Source: Eledone cirrhosa
Lineage: Eukaryota
Length of the DNA: 64,000 nt
Assembly: GCA_964016885.1 (NCBI GenBank)
Contig: OZ024764.1
Span: 24,180,001 to 24,244,000, forward strand
Reading direction: 5' to 3'
A program made the translations under genes and the position numbers. Below the pieces are notes generated by a model. The model worked only from the letters and a program-made list of their open reading frames with translations, ran no database searches and was not told the origin of the DNA. Positions within the stretch are counted from its first letter, which is position 1, and each line of letters opens with the position of its first letter. Of this stretch, positions 39,030 to 52,630 are shown piece by piece.

Positions 39030-39342
39030 TTTCATCATCATTTCATTTTTACGTCCGCCTTTTCCCTGCTTGCAAGGGTGGGACGGGAACTGATTCTGGC
39101 TTGATTTCTACAGCTGGATACCCTTCCTAACACCAACCTCATTTATAGTGAGTGCTGGGTGCTTTTTTGCTGTGGCACCTCCACGACCACTTTGCAGTGG
39201 AATGATATGGACCCCAGTCCCTATCATCTCATTTCTACAGCTGAGTAAACTGGAGCAATGTGAAATAAAGTGTCTTGCTCAAGGAAACAACACCACACTC
39301 GGTCTGAGAATTGAACTCACAACCTTTCGATTGCAAGGCCAA
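39030..39342 (-). mobile_element. CORE-type SINE
   Basis: Reverse complement of the 7076-7415 family. Confidence 0.85.
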
Positions 39343-39363
39343 TATATATATATATATATATAT

Positions 39364-40165
39364 ATTGTTATACTTTGGGAGGGTCATGTTGCCAATAAGA
39401 AACACACGCACCAGTTGCTTTCACTTCAATTTATTATAATAAAACTAGAAATGCAGTATATAGCATAAGATGTACTGAAGGACAATGTAGAGATAAGAAT
39501 ATAGTGTACATAGGTGAGACAGCTCGTAGTATAGGGGAACGGATAAATGAACACTGGCGAGACCTTCAAGATAGTAAAGAATCATCTGTACTCTACCAAC
39601 ATGCTAAAATAGAACATAAGTGTAAATTAGAGAACATAGAAATAAAAATAGAATCTACACACAGAAACGACGCAATGTTTAGACAAATCACAGAGGCAAT
39701 AAACATAAATGAACTCCAACCAAAATTAAATAGAAACATGAATGGAACAGCAACATCACAACTTACAATTAAGGACAAAATGAAAACACACACACATAGA
39801 ATAAACAACCAACCAGTAACATGAAAATAAACAAATAAATAAACAAATATAAACACACACAGACACCCGGCTGTAACACATGCGCAAACTAAGCACACAA
39901 CACACACAAAAACAAGATGGCGTAGGACAGAACAAAGGAGAGGCACAAAAACAAAGAAAAGAATCCCCAGTCACTAAAGAGGTCACAGAATGTGTGACGA
40001 AAGAACTTTGACAATATATAAACAATCATCCGGTTGTGGAACCAACCAACCAACCGGAAATTTATAAATTCCTAAATTTATAAATTTATTATAATAAATT
40101 GAAGTGAAAGTAACTGGTGCGTGTGTTTCTTATTGGCAACATGACCCTCCCAAAGTATAACAATA
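39364..40165 (+). mobile_element. Penelope-like element 3' fragment (GIY-YIG endonuclease) between inverted repeats
   Basis: YIGETARSIGERINEH..EAINI..PKLN at 39504-39740; 39364-39442 is inverted at ~40088-40165. Confidence 0.75.
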
Positions 40166-40779
40166 TCGGTTTCAACACACGTTTTCAGATAAAGAATCTT
40201 GCTAAACAAATTCAGAAACGATATATATATATATACACAATATACTGTGTTTACTATACAATATATATATATACAATATACTGTGTTTACTATACAATAT
40301 ATGTCTCTCTCTCTCTATAAAGTAGATGTGAAAAACACACAGCAAAAACGTCCCAGCCCACACTGTAAATGAGGTTAGCGTTAGGAAGGGCATCCAGTCG
40401 TAGAAAACCAACCAGAAACACCCCTATATGAACGAGGCAAGGTCAACCGACACAACTTGCCTCAAAATAGGACCCGTCTAACCCATGTTAACGTGGAAGA
40501 TGGACGTTAAATGGTGATATCGTTTTCATTTGATTTATTATTTCTCTAGATAAAGTCTATTGAGCTTGTTTATTGAGAAACACAAAATTCTAAACATATT
40601 TGATATGTTTTGAATCATTACTTTTATATATAACAGCACCAAATCTCTGGTGACAATAATCTCTGCAACTATTTCTAGCAGAAGTAATGTCCACCTTGTT
40701 TATACCCATTCTTCTTGTCACGCTAAACTCCACCAGTTACAGACTGCACATCAACATGTGATATCTCTCTCCACAAAGT

Positions 40780-41570
40780 TTGATCACCAACAGCAGAGTT
40801 TAAAGAGCAAAGATTAAGTCCAGTCCATAAGTTGACATTATCAAGCCATAGTTTTGACTGCCGGCCTCTGCTTCTCTTACCAGCCAACCTTCCTTCCAGG
40901 AATATATAATACCTTTTGATCACCAACAGCAGAGTTTAAAGAGCAAAGATCAAGTCCAGTCCATAAGTTGACATTATCAAGCCAGAGTTTTGACTGCTGG
41001 CCTCTGCTTCTCTTAGCAGCCAACCTTCCTTCCAGGAATATATAATACCTTTCAATCACCAACAACAGAGTTTAAAGATCAAAGATCAAGTCCAGTCCAT
41101 AAGTTGACATTATCAAGCCAGAGTTTTGACTGCTGGCCTCTGCTTCTCTTAGCAGCCAACCTTCCTTCCAGGAATATATAATACCTTTTGATCACCAACA
41201 GCAGAGTTTAAAGAGCAAAGATCAAGTCCAGTCCATAAGTTGATATTATCAAGCCATAGTTTTGACTGCCAGCCTCTGCTTCTCTTACCAGCCACCCTTC
41301 CTTCCAGGAATATATAATACCTTTTGATCACCAACAGCAGAGTTTAAAGATCAAGTCCAGTCTATAAGTTGATATTATCAAGCCAGAGTTTTGACTGCCA
41401 GCCTCTACTTCTCTTACCAGCCACCCTTCCTTCCAGGAATATATAATACCTTTCAATCACCAACAACAGAGTTTAAAGATCAAAGATCAAGTCCAGTCCA
41501 TAGGTTGACATTATCAAGCCAGAGTTTTGGCTACCAGCCTCTGCTTCTCTTACCAGCCAACCTTCCTTCC
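40780..41570. repeat. 136-bp tandem array (~6 units) from a LINE C-terminal coding segment (minus strand; host fragment ~40720-41830)
   Basis: CACCAACA recurs at 40785, 40921, 41057, 41193, 41329; encodes LEGRLAGKRSRGRQ..WLDNV. Confidence 0.85.
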
Positions 41571-42063
41571 AGACATAACCTACTCACACCACGAGTTGAT
41601 CTTTTTATATGGCCATATAGTTTGAGTAGTCTTGACTTAACAATTGATGTAATTGGTCTAAGTCTGGTAATGTTGAGCAGCTCACTGATACAGATACCGT
41701 CCCTGAGCTGCTTGCCAATCCCATTAGCTTGGCTTTAACATGATTTCTCCATGAGGTCTTCAGCATGGTGGTCGTGTTGGACGTCTCTATGGATATTGGC
41801 AAGTATATTGTCTTATGTACCATTTTGATTCTATATTTCCCTTAGAATGGTGAGACTAACCTCTCATGAGTATTCTCAGTCTCCTGTCATTTCATTATAA
41901 TCAATAGTTTGTCTTCAATGATTGATTACATAAATTGATTTTAAACTACACTCTACAGAATATGAAATAGCACTATAAGGTTTCTCTTACAATTCCACCA
42001 GTGTACATATTCTTCTATGTAATATGAATTTGGTATATATACAATATACTGTGTTTACTATAC

Positions 42064-42099
<36 letters not shown>

Positions 42100-42105
42100 C
42101 CCCTC

Positions 42106-42186
<81 letters not shown>

Positions 42187-42216
42187 CAATATACAGTGTT
42201 TACTATACAATATATG

Positions 42217-42562
42217 TGTAGTGACCTACATTCCGCGGGCTCACATACATTCTCTGTGCGTGATTTGGCTCAGTACAGCCAATCAGCGCCAGTAGAAGAG
42301 GATGTATCCCTACGCGCCCTGAGGAAGAAATTCCCCGCGAAGATTTGAAGAATCTCTCTCTTGTACCGGAAACTTCAAGCCAGCAACACGCATAATGTAA
42401 CGGTGAGATTTGCACCCTAGCCTCGCCGGCTTAACGGCGCAATGGCACATTCCCTTTTGTAACCTCTTTTTATCTGTAACTTCAACCATATAAATAAACA
42501 AACATTTCATCTCGAATTACTGCTGTTGAAATCATTATTATGTTACTCGTGTCTCAATAACA
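42217..42562 (+). mobile_element. Possible LTR (solo, or with a short internal stub)
   Basis: TGTAG...TAACA termini, AATAAA near 42492, PBS-like TGGCGACC about 22 nt downstream; no clear TSD. Confidence 0.4.
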
Positions 42563-42772
42563 TCTATAATCCATGCTGCTGGAATTGGCGACCTGACGAA
42601 AGGAATATTGTAAATAGATGGTAAATAGATCGAGGGACCTTCCCTCACGTCTATGTCAACAAGATAATCCAACGAGGATACTATCACTTACCACACTGGC
42701 AACTAACGACCACTGATTCTACCACCCCGCTAAAGTGGCGATAACATCTATAACTAATAACTGCTAAATATG

Positions 42773-42844
<72 letters not shown>

Positions 42845-42860
42845 ATAGTGTTCACTATAC

Positions 42861-42950
<90 letters not shown>

Positions 42951-43639
42951 CAATATACAGTGTTTACTATACAATATATGTCTCTCTCTCTCTATATATA
43001 TATATACAATATAGTGTTCACTATATGATATATGTCTCTCTCTCTCCCTCTCTCTCTATATGTGAAAAAATGGGGAGAAGAATACTGCATGGTGGCACAT
43101 GGATAACATGTTATAAAATGAGTCCCTCATCAGTGATTTACCAACGGTCATAGGTATTTCATTGCATTAAAAATCATATACCTCACGTTGGCGCAATAAT
43201 AACTAAAATAAGTTATTAGGACAATAGAAACGCGTAAAGCGAGTGAGACAAGTAAACAACACAGAGGAAAGCTAACCGTAGATAGGAAGAGACACAAGCT
43301 ACATAGTTATTCTGTCAGTATAAGCTGGGTGAATATATGAGCGCGTAGAAAATAGACCTTTCGAGATGAAACCGATGTGAGAAAGAAAGAAAATCGTTAA
43401 CGTCGCGAAGTGAGAAGGGGAGAAACAGTGAGTGAGTGAGTGGAAGTGTGAGGAAGAGGTCAGTAGAGAGAAAGTGTTAACTGACATGACAGAGGGGGGC
43501 GAAAGAAAGTAAGAGAGAACGAGGGAGCAGTAAGAGAGAGAGAGAGAAAAACAGAATTGCAGTTTAGGTAAATATATATGAAAAAATAGGGAGAAGAATA
43601 CTGCAGGTTGCACATGGATAACATGTATATATATATATC

Positions 43640-44866
43640 ATCATCATCATCATCATCAACGTTTAACGTCCGTGTTCCACGCTTGCATGGGTTTGGACGG
43701 GGGTATTCCCACTTGAGGCAAGAGTGATTGTCTTGCTCGCATAGGACTGTCTGGCGGGTTTTCTACAGCTGGATGCCCTTCCTAACACCAACCACATTTA
43801 CAGTGTGAGGCTGGGAGGTTTTTACCGTGTTGCCTACACGGCCACATTACAGCGTGGACTGTCTGGCTGGTTTTCTACAGCTGGATACCCTTCCTAACAC
43901 CAACCACATTTACAGTGTGGGGCTGGGAGGTTTTTACCGTGTTGCCTACACGGCCACATTACAGCGTGGACTGTCTGGCTGGTTTTCTACAGCTGGATGC
44001 CCTTCCTAACACCAACCACATTTACAGTGTGGCGCTGGGAGGTTTTTACCGTGTTGCCTACACGGCCACATTACAGCGTGGACTGTCTGGCTGGTTTTCT
44101 ACAGCTGGATACCCTTCCTAACACCAACCACATTTACAGTGTGGGGCTGGGAGGTTTTTACCGTGTTGCCTACACGGCCACATTACAGCGTGGACTGTCT
44201 GGCTGGTTTTCTACAGCTGGATACCCTTCCTAACACCAACCACATTTACAGTGTGGGGCTGGGAGGTTTTTACCGTGTTACCTACACGGCCACATTACAG
44301 CGTGGACTGCGTGTTTTTTTGTCGTGACACCTACACGACCTCATTTGTTTCGCCCTGGATGGCGCGGCACCAACATAACTTTGCATAGAACGGGGTGATG
44401 TGGGGGGGGGGGGGGTATTTTGTTAGAGATGCCTACTGGCTGTAGTAGGTTTTACTATGTATTTAGGTAAGGCGGGTCTTCTCTATTACTGAGTACCGCC
44501 AAAGGTCTCGGTCCAGTGACATTGTCTTGGAGAAGTGTAAGTGTGTGAGGTCGGAATTTATCAGCTCGTCCCAGGTTTTTCTAGGTCTGCCTATTCCGTG
44601 GCTACCGTCTATCTTTATTGCCCTGCACTTTGTTATACAGCTGTCGTCTTTCATGCGCATCACGTGACCGTACCAACGTAGCCTTCTCTCGAGTAAACAA
44701 CATCTGATCCCTCTTATTTCTAATTTTTTCCTTAGTTCGTTTATGCTTTGCCGTTCACGTATATTACTATTACACATCCAGCGGAGCATGCAAGCTTCGT
44801 TCCTCTCTAGTCTGCGTATATCCTCTGCACACAATGCCCAGGTCTCACTGCCATGCAACATTGCAT

Positions 44867-44867
<1 letters not shown>
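43640..44867 (-). mobile_element. RTE 3' fragment whose 3'UTR contains a 112-bp tandem array (43744-44310, 5 units)
   Basis: [23 protein letters not shown]; GGACTGTCTGGC recurs every 112 bp. Confidence 0.9.
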
Positions 44868-44908
<41 letters not shown>

Positions 44909-44937
44909 ATATACAGTGTTTACTATACAATATATGG

Positions 44938-45031
<94 letters not shown>

Positions 45032-45047
45032 TGTATACTATACAATA

Positions 45048-45110
<63 letters not shown>

Positions 45111-45245
45111 TCTACGTTTGATTTATTATGGCTCTCGATAAAGTCAATTGGGCTTATTGAGAAACACAAAATTATACATATTTGATATATTTTGAATCAC
45201 TACTTTTGTGTGTGTGTGTATACATATGTGTATATATATATATAT

Positions 45246-45812
45246 ATGAAGGGGCTCCCAAAGGAGCACTGAGTGCAATGTCAACTCTGGATGTCGGTGA
45301 GCATGTCCAGCTAACCTCAGTCTCCTCTGTGTCACTTTTGAGCTGACTTTTGGGAGGCTCCCGTACAGCTCTGAGTTTTTCATCCTCAGTGTATACTGAT
45401 TAATGTTCAGAGCCATCCTCAGCATTCTCGTGTAGCACCCATCCACCATCTGAGTGAGTTTCTTGGTCAGTGTCCAAGTCTCAAACCCGTACAGCAGCAC
45501 AGACTCCACTACAGCAATGAAGAGGCGGATTTTCAGGTCTCTACGAAGGTCCGACTTCCACACCGATCTCAAGCTGTGACACGCCGCCCAGGCCTTGCTC
45601 TTCCTCTCAACCACATCATCCTCCGTATTCCCAATCTTTGCTCACATGGACACACTAGAAGAGGAAGACCAAGGTTAACATATGTTGATGCCCTAAGGAC
45701 AGACACTGGTCTGTTGGAGATGCAGGATATGGCAGCGATAATGAGGGACAGAGACCGCTGGAGAGAACTCATCCATGGATCTCAGGAATTTTACCCGCCT
45801 TAGATAGAATAG
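45246..45812. mobile_element. RTE-like LINE with 5' inversion
   Basis: Minus segment encodes ..ESVLLYG.ETWTL..RLRLAGH..LWEPLH; plus segment resumes at HGHTRRGRP and ends in the TAGA tail. Confidence 0.8.
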
Positions 45813-46244
45813 ATATATATATATATGAATAAAATTAGTCCGTCATCAGTGATCTTCCAACCGTCATTGGTATTTCTTTGCATCAAAGATCATATACCTC
45901 TGGCTGGTGCAAGCAATAACTAAATAAAGTTACTGGGACACGTAGAATAGGGTGAAGCGAGCGAGACATGTAAACAGAGAGGGTAATGCAACGGAAAGAG
46001 AGGAAGAGGGGAAACAAGTCCCTGATATCTGTGAACTTAAGTTCGATCAAACCATGGACGAGGAGAGATACAGACCTTCCGTGCCGAGTGAGATGTAAGC
46101 GAGAAAACAATTTCACACAGGTCAAGCGGGAGGAAGTGAGAGAGGGGGAGTAGCAGAGAGTGAGTGAGTGAAAGTGTGAGGAAGAGGCCAGCTGAGAGAG
46201 AGTGACTGGCAGAGGGGTTAAAATGAAGAAAGAGAGAGAGATAG

Positions 46245-46588
46245 ATCATCATCATCATCATTTCTTTTTACGTCCGCTTTTCCCTGCTTGCAAGGGTGGG
46301 ACGGGAACTGATGCTGGCTTGATTTCTACAGCTGGATGCCCTTCCTAACACCAACCTCATTTACAGTGAGTGATGGGTACTTTTTTGCCGTGGCACCTCT
46401 ACGACCACTTTGCAGTGGAATGATAGGGACCCCAGTCCGTATCATCTCATTTCTACAGCTGAGTAAACTGGAGCAATGTGAAATAAAGTGTCTTGCTCAA
46501 GGAAACAACACATCACCCGGTCTGAGAATTGAACTCACAGCCTTTCGATTGCAAGGCCAATGCTCTAACCACTACGCCATGTGCCTTC
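46245..46588 (-). mobile_element. CORE-type SINE
   Basis: Reverse complement of the 7076-7415 family. Confidence 0.85.
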
Positions 46589-47030
46589 ATATATATATAT
46601 ATATAAGTGCTTTTGCTGTATTTTTGACTAAAGAAATTTTAGCCTGATAGTGGGGTTTAGAACTCTCTAAGAAATGGAAAAAGATGAGTATTGATGTGAA
46701 TACTCATCTAAATAAATTGATGTGAATACTCATCTAATTCCCAGCATCAGGCTAAAATATCTTTAGTCAGAAATACGGCGAAAGCTTCTATTTCAATTTT
46801 CAAACTCGCTCGCTGTTTGAAAACATATATATATATAAAATATGTAGTTTAGAAAGCCACAACAATGCAGATGGGAAATCTCGAGGTAGGAAGTGAGTGA
46901 GAAATAGGAGAAAAGTGGAAAATGAGACAAAAAGGAAAACAAAACAAAGGTAGAAGGGTTACCGTAGTGGAGATTTAATCGCAATATTTTACATATTTCA
47001 CAATGCTTCAAGCAAACTTTAACACCCCCA

Positions 47031-47552
47031 TATATATATAAATGGCAATTTCTGTCTGTTTGTGAACCTAAAACTCAAAAACTACCAAACCAATCTTGCT
47101 GAAACTTGACATGTGTGTGGGGCTCATGTCCATTTGATTTCTTACGTATATTTCATTGTAATCAAAGGGTTCCCCGGGGGTTCAAACCTCCACTGAGAAC
47201 CCCTCTTAATTTTTTTCCTTCGATTTATATGAAATTTAAACCATAGGTAAATGACAAGTTATAATGCCTATTCACAAAATTTCAGCAAATTTCAATTACA
47301 TTAAGACACCCTAATGGGGGTTCTATTTGTTTCCTTATAGCAACACCCAACTTCTCTGACAAACATTTTTTCACCTGTCCAATGCAATCAACAATATTTG
47401 TTTGTATTATTGTTTCGTAAATGAATTTGTCTTCGCTTTTGATTATCTGTCCTATATTTTGATTTCATTTTTGGTCTGAGAGGCATTGGGCATTTTAATG
47501 GGGACTACTGGGAATACCCCTGCTCCCGGGTATTACCGGGTACCTCAGCTAG
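47031..47552 (+). mobile_element. Non-autonomous Helitron
   Basis: TATATATAAATG..TCTGTCTGTTTG start; subterminal hairpin CCCGG-GTATTA-CCGGG followed by CTAG|T. Confidence 0.7.
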
Positions 47553-47944
47553 TATATCTCATCATCATCATTTTACGTCTGCTTTTCCCTGCTTGCAAGG
47601 GTGGGACGGGAACTGATTCTGACTTGATTTCTACAGTTGGATGCCCTTCCTAACACCAACCACATTTACAGTGTGGGGCTGAGAGGTTTTTACCGTGTTG
47701 CCTACACGGCCACATTACAGCGTGGACTGTGTGTTTTTTTGTCGTGACACCTACACAACCTCATTTGTTTCGGCCTGGATGTTGTGGCACCAACAATATA
47801 TATATATATATATATATACACACTCGCACACATGTATATATATATATTATATAAAATAAATAATGTAAACTATAATTTTTGTTTTATTACCTAAATTAAA
47901 TTATATATCATATATATAATATATATACATATATATATATTATA

Positions 47945-47992
<48 letters not shown>

Positions 47993-48047
47993 ATATATAT
48001 ACATATATATTATATATATATATATTATATATATATATATTATATAT

Positions 48048-48378
48048 GGAGGCACATGTCTTAGTGGTTAGAGCATTGGCCCTGCAATCGAAAGGTTGTG
48101 AGTTCAATTCTCAGACCAGGTGATGTGTTGTTTCCTTGAGCAAGACACTTTATTTCACATTGCTCCAGTTTACTCAGCTGTAGAAATGAGATGATAGGGA
48201 CTGGGGTCATATCATTCCACTGCAAAGTGGTCGTGGAGGTGCCACGGCAAAAAAGCACCCAGCACTCACTGTAAATGAGGTTGGTGTTAGGAAGGGCATC
48301 CAGCTGTAGAAATCAAGCCAGAATCAGTTCCCGTCCCATCCTTGCAAGCAGGGAAAAAGCGGACGTAAAATGAAATGA
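48048..48378 (+). mobile_element. CORE-type SINE, full length
   Basis: Matches 7076-7415. Confidence 0.88.
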
Positions 48379-48684
48379 AAATATATTCACACGTGTGTAT
48401 CTATATATATATATATACGCACATGTGTATATAAATATCTATATATATATATAAATACACACACATGTATCATCATCATCATTTTACATCCACTTTTCCC
48501 TGCTTGCAAGGGTGGGACGGGTCTTATTCAGCACAGCATCTCTCCACTCGTCACGGTCCCTCGTCATCTCCACCGTGAGCTTCAATGATCTGAGGTCAAG
48601 TTCTCATCACCTCCGCCCATGTTTTTCGTGGTCTACCTCTACCACGTCTTCCTTCAACTGGCATTTCCTGGCACATTTCCTGGC

Positions 48685-48724
<40 letters not shown>

Positions 48725-48779
48725 GTGTGTGTGTATATATATCTATAATTAGATAATGAAACAGGAATACAAACATACC

Positions 48780-48952
48780 AAGAGGGAAATTTTCTGAATG
48801 TAAAATAAGATACTACAAGTTACTACAGTTAATCCATGAACTGACCAATCAGATTCAAGTATCTGACTTGATTGTCCAATAGAAAGAGGAAGGTTGGGAA
48901 GTTTAATACTTCCACATACGTCTCTCTCTCTCCCTCCCTCTCTATATATAGG
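48780..48952 (+). promoter_or_regulatory. Putative promoter of IL-17-like copy 2
   Basis: GGGAAATTTTC near 48784, CCAAT at 48845 and 48876, TATATATA at 48943-48950. Confidence 0.5.
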
Positions 48953-48974
48953 CAAATGTTTCTCTCTGAAACCA

Positions 48975-49069
48975 TTCACAACTTTGACTTGAGACCAGAG
49001 TAACAGGTTGCTCTACTGGTTTCTGGTTAGATTTTACAACACAAGGGAACAGAGATACTATTACTACTG

Positions 49070-49115
<46 letters not shown>

Positions 49116-49352
49116 CAATACTACTACTACTACTGCTACTACTACTATTACCACTACTACTACTATTACCACAACCACCACCAATACTGCCACTACTACT
49201 ACTATTACTACCACCACCAATACCACTACTACCACCACCACTACTACTACTAGCACTACTACTATTACCACTACCACTACTGCTACTACCACTGCTACTA
49301 CTACTATCACCACAACTACTACTACTACTATTACTACCACCACCACTACAAG
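48975..49352 (+). other. Putative non-coding first exon of IL-17-like copy 2
   Basis: Follows the TATA box; ends at AAG|GTAAGA donor; intron 49353-53285 ends in TTTTCTTCTCATTTCAG. Confidence 0.55.
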
Positions 49353-49397
49353 GTAAGAGAAAATATTATTATCCATACCATCATCATCATCATTTAA

Positions 49398-51484
49398 CCC
49401 TTTAGCATTTAAACCGGCTATAACTGGTCACTCATACTGATGTTAAAGTATTGTTCTCAAAATAAATAACATCGAAATCTCAGATTCAATATTATGTGAG
49501 ATATTATGTGAGGTAAAGCCTTTACTGTGACAATACAATAGTATATATAGAGTAATGTAAATGTTATGTGAGATATTATGTGAGGTAAAGCCTTTACTGT
49601 GACAATACAATAGTATATATAGAGTAATGTAAATGTTATGTGAGATATTATGTGAGGTAAAGACTTTACTGTGAAAATACAATAGTATATATAGAGTAAT
49701 GTAAATATTATGTGATATATTATGTGAGGTAAAGACTTTACTGGGAAAATACAATAGCATATATAGAGTAATGTAAATGTTATGAGATATATAATATGAG
49801 GTAAAGCCTTTACTGTGAAAATACAATAGTATATATAGAGTAATGTAAATATTATGTGATATCTTATGTGAGGTAAAGACTTTACTGTGAAAATACAATA
49901 GTATATATAGAGTAATGTAAATGTTATGTGAGATATTATGTGAGGTAAAGCCTTTACTGTGACAATACAATAGTATATATAGAGTAATGTAAATATTATG
50001 TGATATCTTATGTGAGGTAAAGCCTTTACTGTGAAAATACAATAGTATATATAGAGTAATGTAAATGTTATGTGAGATATTATGTGAGGTAAAGCCTTTA
50101 CTGTGACAATACAATAGTATATATAGAGTAATGTAAATGTTATGTGAGATATTATGTGAGGTAAAGACTTTACTGTGAAAATACAATAGTATATATAGAG
50201 TAATGTAAATATTATGTGATATATTATGTGAGGTAAAGACTTTACTGGGAAAATACAATAGCATATATAGAGTAATGTAAATGTTATGAGATATATAATA
50301 TGAGGTAAAGCCTTTACTGTGAAAATACAATAGTATATATAGAGTAATGTAAATATTATGTGATATCTTATGTGAGGTAAAGACTTTACTGTGAAAATAC
50401 AATAGTATATATAGAGTAATGTAAATGTTATGTGAGGTAAAGCCTTTACTGTGACAATACAATAGTATATATAGAGTAATGTAAATGTTATGTGGGATAT
50501 TATGTGAGGTTAAGCCTTTACTGTGAAAATACAATAGTATATATAGAGTAATGTAAATGTTATGAGATATTATGTGAGGTAAAGCCTTTACTGTGAAAAT
50601 ACAATAGTATATATAGAGTAATGTAAATGTTATGTGAGGTAAAGCCTTTACTGTGACAATACAATAGTATATATAGAGTAATGTAAATGTTATGTGGGAT
50701 ATTATGTGAGGTAAATCCTTTACTGTGACAATACAATAGTATATATAGAGTAATGTTATGTGGGATATTATGTGAGGTAAAGCCTTTACTGTGAAAATAC
50801 AATAGTATATATAGAGTAATGTAAATATTATGTGAGGTAAAGTCTTTACTGTGAAAATACAATAGTATATATAGAGTAATGTAAATGTTATGTGAGATAT
50901 TATTTGAGGTAAAGCCTTTACTGTGAAAATACAATAGTATATATAGAGTAATGTAAATGTTATGTGAGATATTATGTGAGGTAAAGCCTTTACTGTGAAA
51001 ATACAATAGTATATATAGAGTAATGTAAATGTTATGTGAGATATTATGTGAGGTAAAGCCTCTACTGTGAAAATACAATAGTATATATAGAGTAATGTAA
51101 ATGTTATGTGAGGTAAAGCCTTTACTGTGAAAATACAATAGTATATATAGAGTAATGTAAATGTTATGTGAGGTAAAGCCTTTACTGTCACAATACAATA
51201 GTATATATAGAGTAATGTAAATGTTATGTGGGATATTATGTGAGGTTAAGCCTTTACTGTGAAAATACAATAGTATATATAGAGTAATGTAAATGTTATG
51301 TGAGATATTATGTGAGGTAAAGCCTTTACTGTGAAAATACAATAGTATATATAGAGTAATGTAAATGTTATGTGAGGTAAAGCCTTTACTGTGACAATAC
51401 AATAGTATATATAGAGTAATGTAAATGTTATGTGGGATATTATGTGAGGTAAAGCCTTTACTGTGACAATACAATAGTATATAT
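49398..51484. mobile_element. Duplicate of the 32659-33408 element with satellite expanded to ~29 units (72- and 60-bp variants); right TIR deleted
   Basis: TTAA|CCCTTTAGCATTTAAACC start; array 49489-51484 joins an RTE fragment directly. Confidence 0.82.
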
Positions 51485-52295
51485 TTGTCACGGTCCTTTG
51501 TCATCTCCACCGTCAGCTTCAGCAATCTGAAGTCTGCTCTCACCACCTCTGCCCATGTTTTTCGTGGTCTACCTCTACTGTGTCTTCCTTCTACATATAT
51601 ATGTGTGTGTAGATATATATTTGTATATGTACATATGTATGTATATATGTGTTTATGTGTGTATATATATATATATGATATATTAACAAATGGAAACTAT
51701 ATTTGTAAAACCATATTTATTTCATTATACATATTTCAAGGACACAAAGTCAAATTATGGTGCGCTTTCATCAGATAAAATATAATATAGGTTGGAAGCT
51801 CCCGGTATATATGTATAACAAGGTTAAATAGTGAGCGTTGCTACTCTGGAGTTTTGCCTGCTTGTCACACTGTTATCAGACAAGAACTAATGTCTATTTA
51901 GTAGACATGATATGAATAAAGAAGACTTTAGGGAAGGGTGATCTAAATGAGGAGGGGTAATTATGATAGGATGGGCAGGGTGGTGGTGGTGATACGGATA
52001 TATATATTAGAATGGAAGTGGTAAAAACCAGTTAGACCATTACTCACAAGAGTACTGCATACTTGGGGTAGTAGAGTGGGGTCCTAAATTTATATATATA
52101 TATACCATCATCATCATCATCATTTAACATCCATCTTCCACGCAAGCATGGGCTAGACGGGAGTTGTCCCACTTGAGGCAAGGTTGGTCGGGTGACCGTG
52201 TCTCGCTCACATAGGACTATCTGGCAGGTTTTCTACGGCTGGATGCCCTTCCTAACACCAACCACGTTTACAGTGTTGACTGGGAGCCTTTTTCC

Positions 52296-52366
52296 TATTT
52301 TATCTGATGAAAACACAAATATTATTGCATGATGATGTTTGTTTTTGAAATGCGCATAATAAAATA
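52296..52366 (+). ncRNA. Type I minimal hammerhead ribozyme motif with palindromic stem III
   Basis: TATTTTAT-CTGATGA-AAACACAAAT..GTTTGTTTTT-GAAA-TGCGCA-TA-ATAAAATA. Confidence 0.75.
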
Positions 52367-52490
52367 CATGGAACTCCTTTAACCATCTTTTGATCTTATA
52401 TTATGTATACTCCAGTCCTACAAACTGTAGAGTGCTTCTTATCCGATATCTGCATTGCTTTATTGTACTACAATAAAACTCACCTCCTAC

Positions 52491-52522
<32 letters not shown>

Positions 52523-52543
52523 ATATATATATATGTGTGTGTG

Positions 52544-52630
<87 letters not shown>

